The notes beneath the pieces are model-generated. The model was not told the origin of the DNA and searched no databases. It saw nothing but the letters and a program-made list of their open reading frames with translations. Made by a program: the position numbers and the translations under genes. DNA of 64,000 nt, from assembly GCA_964016885.1 (NCBI GenBank), contig OZ024762.1, positions 10,106,001-10,170,000 on the forward strand, in the 5' to 3' direction. This DNA is from Eledone cirrhosa (taxonomy: Eukaryota). Every line of letters begins with the position of its first letter. The stretch's first letter is position 1. Positions 26,633 through 40,117 of the stretch are shown one piece after another.

Positions 26633-26713
26633 TAGGAAAAGAGTCAGAACGCCGAGTTTATAAATATACGATAAGATAGGGACAACGGATAAATATATGT
26701 ATATACATATATT

Positions 26714-26779
<66 letters not shown>

Positions 26780-26783
<4 letters not shown>

Positions 26784-27800
26784 CCGAATTACCCGCGCCT
26801 TGCTGCGTTTCTACATTTCTTTTGTAAGAAAATGATGATTGATTTTAAAATTTTAAATCAGTGATATAATTTATGGAGAAAAACTTTGTATTTCAATATT
26901 ACTCAATGCAAAATGTAATACATGAAAAATTGGAAAAGAATATTTTTTGTAATATATCAAATCAAAATTACATTATTAAAACTTATTCTTATTTTCTTGT
27001 AAATAATTTTTTTCAAAATATCAATTCAAAACTTGATCATTTCATTTTTGAGTAAAGCATTATTTTCAAATTAGAAATTCAAAGTTTAATTATTTATTTT
27101 TTAACATAATAAATACATGAAAATATATTTCATACTTTGTCCTAATGAATAACTTCAGGGTAAACAACATTTGTTGTCTTTCTTTGATTGGCTAAAATGT
27201 AGAGATTTTTTGAAGTTCCGGTCCTTGAAGCAGCCACATAAAACATGCCATGATTGAAAGATGGGTTTGTCAGATCTATACCAATAGTTTTGAAAGTTTG
27301 ACCTTCAATCTTATTGATGCTCATGTCAAAGCATGGCCTCACTGGGAACTGCAGCTTCTTAAATGTAAAAGGCAACTCGCTATCACTTGGTATAAATGGA
27401 ATCCTCTGAATGAGAAGAGCTTGACCTTTGTAAGCCCCAAATATAATGGTTGCTTCAATCAAGTTCTCATGCAATCTTGTTACAACACATCTTGTTCCAT
27501 TTATTGGCCAACATTTTCACTATAGGGGGTTTAACCCCCATTAGGGTATCTTAATATTATTGAAATTTGTCGAAATTTTGTGAATAGGGCTCATATCTTG
27601 TCATTTACCTATGGTTTAAATTTCATATAAATCGAAGGGAAAAAAATTTCAGCAGGGGTTTGTGCCCCCGGGGAACCCTTTGATTAAAATGAAATATACT
27701 TATCCAAGTACCCTGGGCAATGTAGTTTCAGAATATATATGGTTATGGGGGTCTACCTCCAAAACCATAGGAGCAGTTCGTGAACAAACAAACAGACAGG
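26780..27800 (-). mobile_element. Deleted Helitron with PIF1-helicase C-terminal remnant (27142-~27500)
   Basis: RIPFIPSD.ELPFTFKKLQFPVRPCFDMSINKIEGQTF...HGMFYVAASR...TTNVVYPEV are degenerate RepHel helicase motifs. The minus-strand 3' end has a GC-rich subterminal stretch then CTAA|T (CTRR) at 26780. 5' boundary approximate. Confidence 0.85.
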
Positions 27801-28097
27801 AACTACAACTGCCGCATCAGTCCAGTTCACCTACCAAACTGTCAGAGCTAGTGAAAATATATGCTATTTTCAAAAATACACAGTGACTTATCGGCTTGAT
27901 TTGCATATTAGCAGACTGGTTGATCAGTTAGATCTGCATATTAGCAGATCCACTGATCAGCCAGGTTTGCATATCAGTAGACTGGCTAGTTAGTTTCCTG
28001 TATACGAGCGATAAATGGCCGGCTTCGCCAAATTCAAATATAAAAGAAAACTTTTTCGCTCTACATGGCTGAATACAATATATGTAATCTGAGTTTT

Positions 28098-28195
<98 letters not shown>

Positions 28196-28566
28196 GTAAT
28201 GAAAAGAGAGTGCTCTATGTAGGCTACAGAGCATTTTAGTTATGTAAAACAACATAAGATAATTATTTCAATCACCTTTCCTACGGAAATATTTCATTTA
28301 AACAGCTCCCACTGGGAATGATCGAAGCATATTCTATATTACATATATGATTGGCATATTCCAGCCGGATAAGTTGTGCACTCTAGAGTTTCAGGAAATT
28401 AACCAGCATAGACCATGTTCTTCAAGAAAATGAAATAATAATCTTATGTTGATTTTTACATAACTATATATATATATATAGTTATGTAAAAAACAACATA
28501 AGATAATTATTTCATTTACATATATACATATGCGTACGTGTATGCGTGTGTATATATATATATGTG

Positions 28567-28677
<111 letters not shown>

Positions 28678-28678
28678 G

Positions 28679-28864
<186 letters not shown>

Positions 28865-28869
28865 CATAC

Positions 28870-28988
<119 letters not shown>

Positions 28989-29554
28989 TATATTTATATA
29001 TATATATATGTACAATGGAAAAAACGAGGAAGATTCGCACCTCCTACACTATATATATATACACGTGTACGTGCATGTTTAAGTGTATATATATATATAG
29101 TGTAGGTAGTACGAAACTTCCTCGTTTTTTCCGTTGTATATATATATACATGTCAATTACACAGACAGGGACCCCCCCCCCCTCCCCTCTTCACAGACAC
29201 ACACACGAACAAATGATTAAAACAACAAAAAACACTACCACAAACTGCACCTCATCCTCATACACATGTCAGTACCGATAACGGATCTAGATACCCCCGC
29301 TCCGCCTTGGTACACCACCCCCACATAATAGTCTACTTATCTCCCACCCATTCCTTTACTTTTCACATTCCAGAGTAACCTGTTCTTCTGACTCCTCCCA
29401 ACGAAGGACTAATGTCCAATACGTTCAGAGGTTTTTTTTTTCTCTCTCTCTATTCCAACGACTTTCTCTCTCTATTCTAACTAACAAAACTTGTGATTGT
29501 CATTTTTAATCTTATGTATGTGTATGTGTGTGTATATATATATTTATATATATG

Positions 29555-30010
29555 TCAGGTCACCAGTTGGTGCTACTGGTAACATGTATCCCAGTACAAC
29601 CTGTCCCAACTGGTAACATGTATCCCAGTACAACCTGTCCCATGGTCGGGTCGTTGGCGACTAAACTGGCAACCCTACCAAGGTTTCTTGGTGAGGAGGG
29701 TGACTTTGGACATCCTGCAGGACTAAAAACAAAACCTGTCAAAGGGCAAAGGAGCTCTTAAGAGTCAATGGCCATCCAAAATCACTGGGAGAGATGACCC
29801 CTTAGCCTTTGTCAAGGCAGAATTCTAGGAGAAGGAAAACTCTGATATAACAGCTGCAACCCTGATGGTATCCAATGATGTTGACTTGTTCTTCTTTTTG
29901 GTAAATATCATCTTGGTTAAGAGAGTGGGACTGGCTTTGTGCAGTGCCTTTGCTCATTATAAAAGCTTCACGGCACAGGCATTGCTTTATATCTAGAGAT
30001 CTCTCTGCAC
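29555..30010 (+). mobile_element. Non-coding ~600-bp retroelement (family R, RTE 5'UTR-like), interrupted at its 3' side by a hammerhead fold-back
   Basis: Near-identical to 49176-49780, with a small internal duplication. Confidence 0.75.
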
Positions 30011-30121
30011 ATCAGATAAAATAAAATGATACATGACATACCCTGACATAGTAGATGGTTAAGATTCAGTCATGACTGAATCTTAACCATCTACTAAGTC
30101 AGGGTATGTCATGCATCATCT

Positions 30122-30188
30122 TATTTTATCTGATGAGGACGTACTGTTGAAGTTAGCTCAGTACCTCTGAAATATGTATAATAAAATA
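30122..30188 (+). ncRNA. Minimal type-I hammerhead ribozyme motif (family E)
   Basis: TATTTTAT-CTGATGA-GGA c GTACTG ttgaagttagct CAGTAC c TCT-GAAA-tatgta-TA-ATAAAATA; 8-bp stem I. Confidence 0.8.
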
Positions 30189-30229
30189 TACTTGATCACA
30201 TGAATGTCTATTTTTGTTAATATTTTGAA

Positions 30230-30298
<69 letters not shown>

Positions 30299-30481
30299 TG
30301 AGATTCTACAGGACTAGAACTGTTTCATTCTTTAGAAATCATCAGAAATCCTGATGATTTCTAAAGAATGAAACAGTTCTAGTCCTGTAGAATCTCATCT
30401 ATATTAAAACTTTTATACTCTGCAATGTATTGAGTACCTTACTTACTGTGGTTACCTCCGATTCAACCCGGAATAACGTAC

Positions 30482-30570
<89 letters not shown>

Positions 30571-30946
30571 TGTCTGTGTGTATATACACATCCATCCATA
30601 CATGATGGATGCAAACTCTGCTAAGAGTATTGCAATCGCTTGTCAGATTATAGAGTTCGGTGCACTTTTAGGCTATGGCCAGCCACATGAACCTGTAACA
30701 TATCCTGAACAAGCAATGCCTGTGCTTTGAATGCTCGAGAAAGGCCTTGCGCTCGACCAATCCTACTCTCTGAGCATCGAAAACACTACCTGTAAAGGAG
30801 AACTGGTCAACATCATTGGATGCTTCCGAAGCTGCAGGTTTTTCTTCAGAGTTTCCTTCGCCTACATACATACATACATACATACATACATACATACATA
30901 CATACATACATACATACATACATACATACATACATACATACATACA

Positions 30947-31445
30947 TGGTGGCTGCCAACTCGTTTTCGAGTACGGCCACTACTTTATATCCATGTAGGA
31001 GAACCCCTACCGATGCGCTGAACGAGTGTGACTTTTTAGTCCAGCCAGCGACTTGAAAACTCTGGTACAAACACTACACCTGTGACAATTATTGACACAT
31101 AGTGCTGGGCCCATGGTACCATGTGACGGCAAGTGCAGAAAGATCTCCAGATATAAAGCAATGCATGTGCCGTGAAGCTTTTATAGTGAGCAAAGGCACT
31201 GCACCAAGCCAGTCCCACTCTCTTAACCAAGATGATATTTACCAAAAAGAATAACAAGTCAACATCATTGGATACCATCAGGGTTGCAGGTGTTATATCA
31301 GAGTTTTCCTTCTCCTAGAATTCTGCCTTGACAAAGGCTAAGGGGTCATCTCTCCCAGTGATTTTGGATGGCCATTGACTCTTAAGAGCTCCTTTGCCCT
31401 TTGACAGGTTTTGTTTTTAGTCCTGCAGGATGTCCAAAGTCACCC
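30947..31445 (-). mobile_element. Family R retroelement, 5'-truncated, flanked on both sides by (TACA)n
   Basis: Reverse complement of 49285-49780. Confidence 0.8.
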
Positions 31446-31783
31446 ATACATACATACATACATACATACATACATACATACATACATACATACATACATA
31501 CATACATACATACATACATACATACATACATACATACATACATACTTATGAAACACTGTCAGCAAATAAAACTATGTATTTCTAAGCACTCTTTGGTTAT
31601 TCCTATAACTATAACGGCTCTGTAGTATACTACTCTGTAGTATACTACTCTGTAGTATAACGGTTCTGTAGTATAACGGCTCTGTAGTATACTAGTTATC
31701 CTACATTGAGCTAAAACCACACTGCCATACCAAGGGCAAAATATCTGAGTTTCTGGGCATATTGATATATTTGTCAACGAAAC

Positions 31784-31877
<94 letters not shown>

Positions 31878-32394
31878 TTCCTTTTTTGCGTTGTCTAAAC
31901 AGTAATTAAAGTTTAGAGTGGTAGTAATTATAACATATCTTTATACATTAAATTGGAATTGATGGATAAGGGAATAACATTGTTGTTGTTGTTGTTACAG
32001 CCCACACCTATGCAGGTTTAGCTGGCCTCCTCCAAGGTATATCTCGTTGGAGGTGTCTTGGGTGGTTTAATGATAGGGACTCCAGTCCTATCATCTTATT
32101 TCTACAGCTGAGTAAACTGGAGCAATGTGAAATAAAGTGTCTTGCTCAAGGAAACAACACCTCACCCGATCCGAGAATTGAGCTCACAACCTTTCGATTG
32201 CAAGCCCAATGCTCTAACCACTAAGCCATGTGCCTTCACTGACATTGCTGTGTATAGACAGACATTTGGGGACATTGGCGGGGTACTTATTTTGGCACCG
32301 ATTGGAAAACGGTGACGTGAGAGATTGATACCTGAGAACTTCATATATATTAATTCAAAATATTAACAAAAATAGAACTTCTTGTGATCAAGTA

Positions 32395-32461
32395 TATTTT
32401 ATTATACATATTTCAGAGGTACTGAGTTAACTTCAACAGTACGTCCTCATCAGATAAAATA
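32395..32461 (-). ncRNA. Hammerhead motif family E, second copy
   Basis: Reverse complement of 30122-30188 apart from a loop-II substitution; element homology extends ~32350-32512. Confidence 0.8.
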
Positions 32462-33121
32462 AGATGATGCATGACATACCCTGACTTAGTAGATGGTTAA
32501 GATCCAGTCATGGTAGTGAGTAAGATATGATAAAACTCAATATTTATGTACCTTAAGATTGAGACATGAAAAAACTTACATATAATACATATAATACAGA
32601 GGGTGCGTGTAAGAAAGTTTAAAAATACATAACAGCAATTTACATAATTGTTAGAGATTCAAATAATTATTGAAGAAAGAGGAAAGAAAAAAAGAAAGAC
32701 AGAGAGAAAACAGATAAGGGGAAAATATAGCTAGTAGAGGTATAGAGAGCAAAAGAGAATTGATCAAGGAAAGAGAGACAAAGAGGAATAATTATAGGGA
32801 TGGATGAATTATATATATCTATACATAACTATACATTTGGGCATAGCTATGCGATAGAGTAAACTCGAATCTTTGAATTATTGAATTATCTAGAAGTATT
32901 CATCAATCTAAATCCTAAATATAACTGGGTGTAATTAATAAAGGTTAATTTCCTTAGTTAATTAGTTATATATACTATCCAAACGTATCCAGTTGACCGT
33001 TAACTTTCAAATCATTTAAGTTAGTTCAGAGTAATGAATTAATCAAAGTGTATAATATTTCAGGCTATAAAAGTTTATAAATATCTGTATTAATATTAAT
33101 ACAGATATTTATAAACTTTTA

Positions 33122-33308
33122 TAATAGGATTTTGTATACATACAATAGGATTTTGTATACATACAATAGGATTTTGTATACATACAATAGGATTTTGTAT
33201 ACATACAATAGGATTTTGTATACATACAATAGGATTTTGTATACATACAATAGGATTTTGTATACATACAATAGGATTTTGTATACATACAATAGGATTT
33301 TGTATACA
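33122..33308. repeat. 21-bp perfect tandem repeat (aggattttgtatacatacaat), ~9 copies
   Basis: Directly visible. Confidence 0.92.
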
Positions 33309-33523
33309 TGCTTGCTTCAAAAATCTTTCAAAGAAGTATGAAACAGCTTTTTGTAATGTTTATTATAATTGTTTCTACGTTAGACACAAGGCCAGCAATT
33401 ACCCAGTGTATTACTGGTATTATAATAAATTACTGTATTTTGAGATGTTTTAACTTCATTACCTACTTCCTTCCAACTTTTGTATTGTTTTTCTAAAAAA
33501 AGATATTTTTTTCATACACACAG

Positions 33524-33588
<65 letters not shown>

Positions 33589-33985
33589 AACGAGTAGGAC
33601 CCCGATGGCTGAGCTCAAGCCGTTTCGACGGCTTGAGCTCAGCCGTCGGGGTCCTACTCGTTCCTATTACCTACTCTACTACCCTAAGTATTGAGTACTT
33701 TGGTGCGTTATGGTCCACCTGGTTCTTTACCACATTTCCTTCGTTATATATATATATATATATATATATAACGAAAGAGTTGTGGTAAGGAACCAGGTGG
33801 ACCATAACGCACCAGAGTACTCAATACGCACCAAAGTACTCAATACTTAGGGTAGTAGGGTGGGTAATAGGAAAAAGTATGAGTCCAGAAATAGCCGTCG
33901 AAACGGCTTGAGCTCTGCCGTCGGGGTCATACTTTTTCCTATATATATATATGACAAATTGGCAGGTATCCGGGGTTTCCCGATG

Positions 33986-34041
<56 letters not shown>

Positions 34042-34197
34042 ATATATATGTATGTATGTATGTATATATATATATATGTGTGTGTGTTTGTCTGTGTGTG
34101 TGTGTACGTTAGTGTATTTCATTTGCTAGTCTCAAAATCTTTTAAAAAAACTTTTATCATTTATTTATTTGTTAAATAATGTCAACACAAGAGAAAC

Positions 34198-35292
34198 TGG
34201 TGGTGGTGGTGGTGGTGGTGGTGGTGGTGGTGGTGGTGGTGGAGATGGTGGTGTTGGTGGTGGTGGTGGTGGTGGTGGTGGTGGAGATAGTGGTGGTGGT
34301 GGTGGTGGTGGAGATAGTGGTGGTGGTGGTGGTGGTGGTGGTGGTGGTGGTGGTGGTGGTGGTGGAGATAGTGGTGGTGGTGGTGGTGGTGGTGGTGGTG
34401 GTGGTGGAGATGGTGGTGGTGGTGGCGGTGGTGGTGGTGGTCGCGGCGGTGGTGGTGGTGGTGTTAGTGATAGCGGTTGTGGTGGTAGTGTTGTTGTTGT
34501 TGATGGTGGTCGTGGTAGTGGTGGTGGTGGTGGTGGTGGTGGTAGTGGTGGTGGTGGAGATGGTGGTGGTGGTGGTGGTGGTGGTGGTGGTGGTGGTGGT
34601 GGTGGTGGTGGTCGCGGTGGTGGCAGTGGTGGTGGTGGTGGTGGTGGTGTTAGTGATAGCGGTTGTGGTGGTAGTGTTGTTGTTGTTGATGGTGGTGGTG
34701 GTGGTGGTGATGGTGGTGGTGGTGGTGGTGGTGGTGGTGGTGATGGTGGTGGTGGTGGTGGTGGTGGTGGTGGAGATGGTGGTGGTGGTGGTGGTGGTGG
34801 GAGAGGGGAGAAAATGTTTAAATACGCCAAAAAAAAAAAGAGAAAGAACAGAAGAAGAAGAAGAAGAAGAAGAAGAAGAAGAAGAAGAAGAAGAAGAAGA
34901 AGAAGAGGAAATCTAAATAGGAGTCTTTTGAGGCAAATTTTCAGGGTGTGGTAGTGTCAAGACGTCTCTCATAGACAGACAGAGAGTAAGAGAGTGAGAG
35001 AGAGAAAGTAAGAGAAAGATAGACAAAGAAAGAGAGAGCAGGTAGCAGAGACAGAGAGAGAGAGAGAGTGGAGAGACAGGCAAAGAGACTGAAAGGGAGG
35101 GAGAGAGAGAAAGAGAGGAGAGAAAGAGAGGAGAGAGAGAGAGAGAGTGAGGGAGAGAGAAAGAAAGAGAGAAAAGGAAAGAGCAGAAGACAGAGACAAC
35201 GAGAGAGAGAAAGAGAGAGAGAGAGAGGGAGAGAGAAAGAAAGAGAGAAAAGGAAAGAGCAGAAGACAGAGACAACGAGAGAGAGAGAGAGA

Positions 35293-35350
<58 letters not shown>
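34198..35350. repeat. Compound simple repeats: (GGT)n 34198-34800, (GAA)n ~34850-34907, GA-rich 34975-35350
   Basis: Directly visible; the (GGT)n block contains an internal duplication (gttagtgatagcggttgtggtggtagtgttgttgttgttgat occurs twice). Confidence 0.92.
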
Positions 35351-35352
<2 letters not shown>

Positions 35353-35474
35353 TCTCTCAAGTACAGCATGAGTCATGTATGACGTCATTTGATGCCAGAG
35401 TTATCATTGGTCGACAATATGGGAAGTTACAACCCTGATAACAATGTTTGTTATATGTATATATACAAACCTAA

Positions 35475-35529
<55 letters not shown>

Positions 35530-35599
35530 CAACACACACACACACACATATATATATATATTTATATATATACATTCACATATATACATACATATATAT

Positions 35600-35633
<34 letters not shown>

Positions 35634-35826
35634 CTCATACACACACAGAAAAAATAGCCGAAACGCAAAAAAACTATGGAGTGACGTGTTGAGAGAGATG
35701 GTAAACCTATCTTTACAATATATATATATATATTGTAAAGATTGTAAAGATATATATATATATATATATGTGTGTGTGTATATGTATGTATGTCTGTATA
35801 TATATATATGGACGTACGTATGTATG

Positions 35827-35860
<34 letters not shown>

Positions 35861-35865
35861 AGTGT

Positions 35866-35948
<83 letters not shown>

Positions 35949-36093
35949 TATATATATTAGAAAGTGAAGTTTTTTTTTACAAAATGAAAAATAACCGAGG
36001 TGACCTACACCAGTGAAAGTATAAAGAAAAAAAGATGAAATCGAAAATGCAACTGGAGTCTTATTTAAAAAAATATATATATTTATTTGGTTC

Positions 36094-36129
36094 CTTTACC
36101 GGTTTCGCAGTTCTTATGCTTTTCAAAAG
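36094..36129 (-). ncRNA. Ultra-minimal hammerhead motif with U3-A8 core variant (family F)
   Basis: Minus strand: CTT-TTGAAAA-GCA taagaac TGC-GAAA-CCGG-TA-AAG; palindromic stem III (ACCGGT); stems only 3 bp. Confidence 0.45.
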
Positions 36130-36182
36130 TAGAGTTGAGATGGAGGGTCTGTGGTTCTTCTCATCATATATATATATATTTA

Positions 36183-36265
<83 letters not shown>

Positions 36266-36351
36266 AGAAAAACCACAGACCCTCCATCTCAACATATATA
36301 AAATAAAATAAAATAAATAAGTCAAATGTTTAAAATTTGGCTTCGTTTATT

Positions 36352-36406
36352 ACTGCTATATATATTTCGGTGACAGCCATCTTTGGCTGTGACCTCTTCA
36401 GGCAGT
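36352..36406 (-). ncRNA. Hammerhead motif family D, left arm of the 36301-36667 fold-back
   Basis: ACTGC-CTGAAGA-GGTcACAGCCA aaga TGGCTGTcACC-GAAA-tatata-TA-GCAGT on minus. Confidence 0.8.
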
Positions 36407-36559
36407 CCGAATTAGTGTGGTAGAGTCGAGTACACATGTTGTACTCTGATATGCCCAGTTCCTGGTTGGGTTACCCAACCAAGAACTGGGCATATCAGAG
36501 TATTGACAAAGTTAAACACCTCAACAACATGTGTACTCGACTCTACCACACTAATTCGG

Positions 36560-36614
36560 ACTGCCTGAAGAGGTCACAGCCAAAGATGGCTGTCACCGAA
36601 ATATATTTAGCAGT
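36560..36614 (+). ncRNA. Hammerhead motif family D, right arm of the fold-back
   Basis: Same motif on plus with one stem-III substitution (tatatt). Confidence 0.78.
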
Positions 36615-36760
36615 AATAAACGAAGCAAAATTTTAAACATTTGACTTATTTGTTTTATTTTATTTTACATTACTCCGGAGTAACCAAACCAACATGCGCA
36701 CTTCGTCGAGTGCTCCAATCTGGATACTAAGGTGTTGGTATACCACCAACATATACTAAA

Positions 36761-36818
<58 letters not shown>

Positions 36819-37751
36819 GTGTGTGTACGTGTGTATTTGCCAGTCCCCTCCCTCTTAAGTAATGGAGGGATTGTTTGCGTTTAGTGGAAAATGTTTGGTG
36901 CAGGATTTAGCTGACTTTCCAGTGATAGATAACCAAAGGGTGGCAAATAGAGGGACATACGACCACATATATTACATACATAGGCATATATATATATACA
37001 TATATATACACATATATATATATATAGACATATACATACATACATATATATATATACATATATATATGAAAAGTGTAATTTTCTACACAAAACGAAGGTT
37101 ATAGAGAAAATTGAGGTTGGTAATGGCACATGGAATATATAAGAGACAGAATACTTTTTTGTGAAAAAACATAATTTTATAAGGTAAGGAAATAATAAAG
37201 GGTATAAAAAATATATATATATATATAGACATATATAGACATATACATATATATATATAGACATATACATATATACATACATATATATATACATATATAT
37301 ATATAGACATATACATATATACATATACATATATAGACATATATATATTTTTATACTTAGGGAGGGTCATATTTGCGTAATATTGCCAGAATTAATAACA
37401 GAACACACTCACTGTTTGGTTGGTTTTCGCTTCTCGCTGTCTTTTATATCTGCGATCTAACTTACTCGGTCCTCAATGTTGCCATTGACTGACCGACGGT
37501 CAAAAATGATACAGATACAATATAGACACAAACACACATATATATAGTTTACATATATATACATATATATACATATATATACATATATACATATACATAC
37601 ATATGTAATAAATAAAATCGTTAGTTTATATATAATGAGCAGAGGTACCCGGCGTTGCTCGGGTATTAAATAGCAATCCTGTGTATGCATCTATATGTAT
37701 CTCTCTCTTTCTCTCTCTCTCACACACACACACACACACTCTCTCTCTCTC

Positions 37752-37803
<52 letters not shown>

Positions 37804-39085
37804 ATAAATAATATAATATATACTTTGTATAAATAAATATATATTTTTTATTTTACTATATTTATATATAATATACTAATATATATAATCTCAACCACTC
37901 TCCAAGCACCTGCTTAGACCCCAGCAACCCCTGATCTTGTCAACGCCCCGGGGGTTGGGGTGGTAACGCCCACTCTGGGAACCTCTGGTTTAGCTGTTAT
38001 CATTAAATATAGACCAAGATATAAAAAAATTTCGATATGCGATGAAAATAACATGTATATAAATTGTAGCGCATATACAAATAGATGTGTGTTTTGGAAG
38101 GTTGGGGAGAAAATATATAATTATTGGAGGGGACCATGGTCCCTCTGGCACCCTGCCCCTCAGTTCCATCGACCCTGTGTTACAATAGTTCATCTGACGG
38201 TGATTCAAACAGTTTTCCTCCACCCACTTTCACTCCTTGACCCTAGGCCACCCAGTTTCACTTTCGAGGTGTTAACTGACCCCGAGACCTAATTTCGCTC
38301 CTATGTAAGGGGTTGACATAAGATTACCCAGTTTTACTCCCAATACATTAGCTGATCGCATAACATCCAGTTTCTCTACCAAGGTTTATATTGACCCAAG
38401 GGCACCCAATTTCTTTCTCAAGGTTTGGATTAACCCGAGGCCTCGCAGTTTCAGCCCCATGGCATGGACCTAGCCAAGGACACCCAGTTTCACTTCCAAG
38501 GCTTGTGTTGACTCTAGGCCTCTCAGTTTCAACCCCAAGGCATGGACTTACCCAAAGCCACCCATTCTCAAGGTTTGGGTTAACCTGAGGCCTCCCAGTT
38601 TCAGCCCCACGGCATGGACCAACTCAAGGACACCCAGTTTCACTTCCAAGGCTTGTGTTGGCTCTAGGCCTCTCAGTTTCACTCCCACTGTGTAGTCTAA
38701 CCCAAGGCAGTGGTAAATAAATAACCCTCACCCTATCAAATCACATCCCGTCTTCATTGTGCTCCTCACATTCCTAGATACCCCGAAATTAAAAAAAAGC
38801 CGGGGTAGTCACGGATGGAACGACTCTAACCATATATCTCTGTCTGCTTAATCAGGCCTAACCTGAGACTATACAACAACAGTTAAGTATGGAGATTGGA
38901 GTCCAGAGTTGACTGAATTGAATTTCTTCCAAAAATATCGAATGATCGGGTGGAGGGGGGGTAGTTAGGGTGTATGTTAGTTGGATAGGTATTGAGGTGT
39001 ATCGATGTTGATCGGGGTGGACAGTGGAGGATGTATCGATGTATTCTGTAAGTGGTGGGTGGGCAGGAGAGGGTGAATCTATTTT

Positions 39086-39577
39086 GGTCGAGTGGGTAGT
39101 TAGAAGGTATCTATGTTGGTCGGGTGGGTAGTTAGAAGGTATCTATGTTGGTCGGGTGGGTAGTTAGAAGGTATTTATGCTGGTCGGGTGGGTAGTTAGA
39201 AGGTATCTATGTTGGTCGGGTGGGTAGTTAGAAGGTATCTATGTTGGTCGGGTGGGTAGTTAGAAGGTATTTATGCTGGTCGGGTGGGTAGTTAGAAGGT
39301 ATTTATGCTGGTCGGGTGGGTAGTTAGAAGGTATCTATGTTGGTCGGGTGGGTAGTTAGAAGGTATCTATGTTGGTCGGGTGGGTAGTTAGAAGGTATCT
39401 ATGTTGGTCGGGTGGGTAGTTAGAAGGTATCTATGTTGGTCGGGTGGGTAGTTAGAAGGTATCTATGTTGGTCGGGTGGGTAGTTAGAAGGTATCTATGT
39501 TGGTCGGGTGGGTAGTTAGAAGGTATCTATGTTGGTCGGGTGGGTAGTTAGAAGGTATTTATGCTGGTCGGGTGGGC
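39086..39577. repeat. 32-bp G-rich minisatellite (ggtcgggtgggtagttagaaggtatctatgtt), ~15 copies
   Basis: Two interspersed variants (tatctatgtt / tatttatgct). Confidence 0.92.
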
Positions 39578-40117
39578 AGTAGAGGGCGTATCCATATATT
39601 CTGTACGTGGTCGGGTGGGTAGTTAGAATTATCTGTGTATCGAACGATACATGGTCATGAGAGTAGTTAAGGCATATCTACCTACATATGTGTGACTGGG
39701 CTAGGACTAGGGCCCCTTATCATTAAAACACATTGAGAAACCTCTTATGAGATACACAACCTTGTAGGTCAGTTAAACCTACATAGGCGTGAACTGTAAC
39801 AACACGTTAAGATTGGGGCCACTTTTTATTAAAACACCGCCCAAATCTCCTATGAGATACAATCTTGTACGAGACCAGCTAAACCTACATAAGTATGAGC
39901 TGTAACAACATGAGAGGATTGAGGCCCCATGATATTAAAACCCCGAAAAACCTCCTATGAGATACAACCTGGCATGAGGCCAGCTAAACCTACATAGGTG
40001 TGAGCTATGAATATAACGTGAAAGGACTGGGATTCCCTTGTCATTAAAACACTCTTAAAAGACTTCTATGAAATACAACCTGACATTAAGCCAACTAAAA
40101 CTACACAAGTGTAAGCT

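Noticed and set aside
27142-27474. Host PIF1 helicase gene
   Set aside because: Conserved motifs are mutated (KIEGQT, DMSIN), and it sits between Helitron-type termini, so it is a transposon remnant.
32520-33500. Possible Penelope ORF remnant upstream (minus) of the family-E hammerhead
   Set aside because: I could not read RT or GIY-YIG motifs, so it is left uncalled pending a translated search.
34165-34954. Poly-Pro/Gly/Val ORFs (formin- or extensin-like)
   Set aside because: (GGT)n microsatellite open in several frames, with no flanking domain or exon context.
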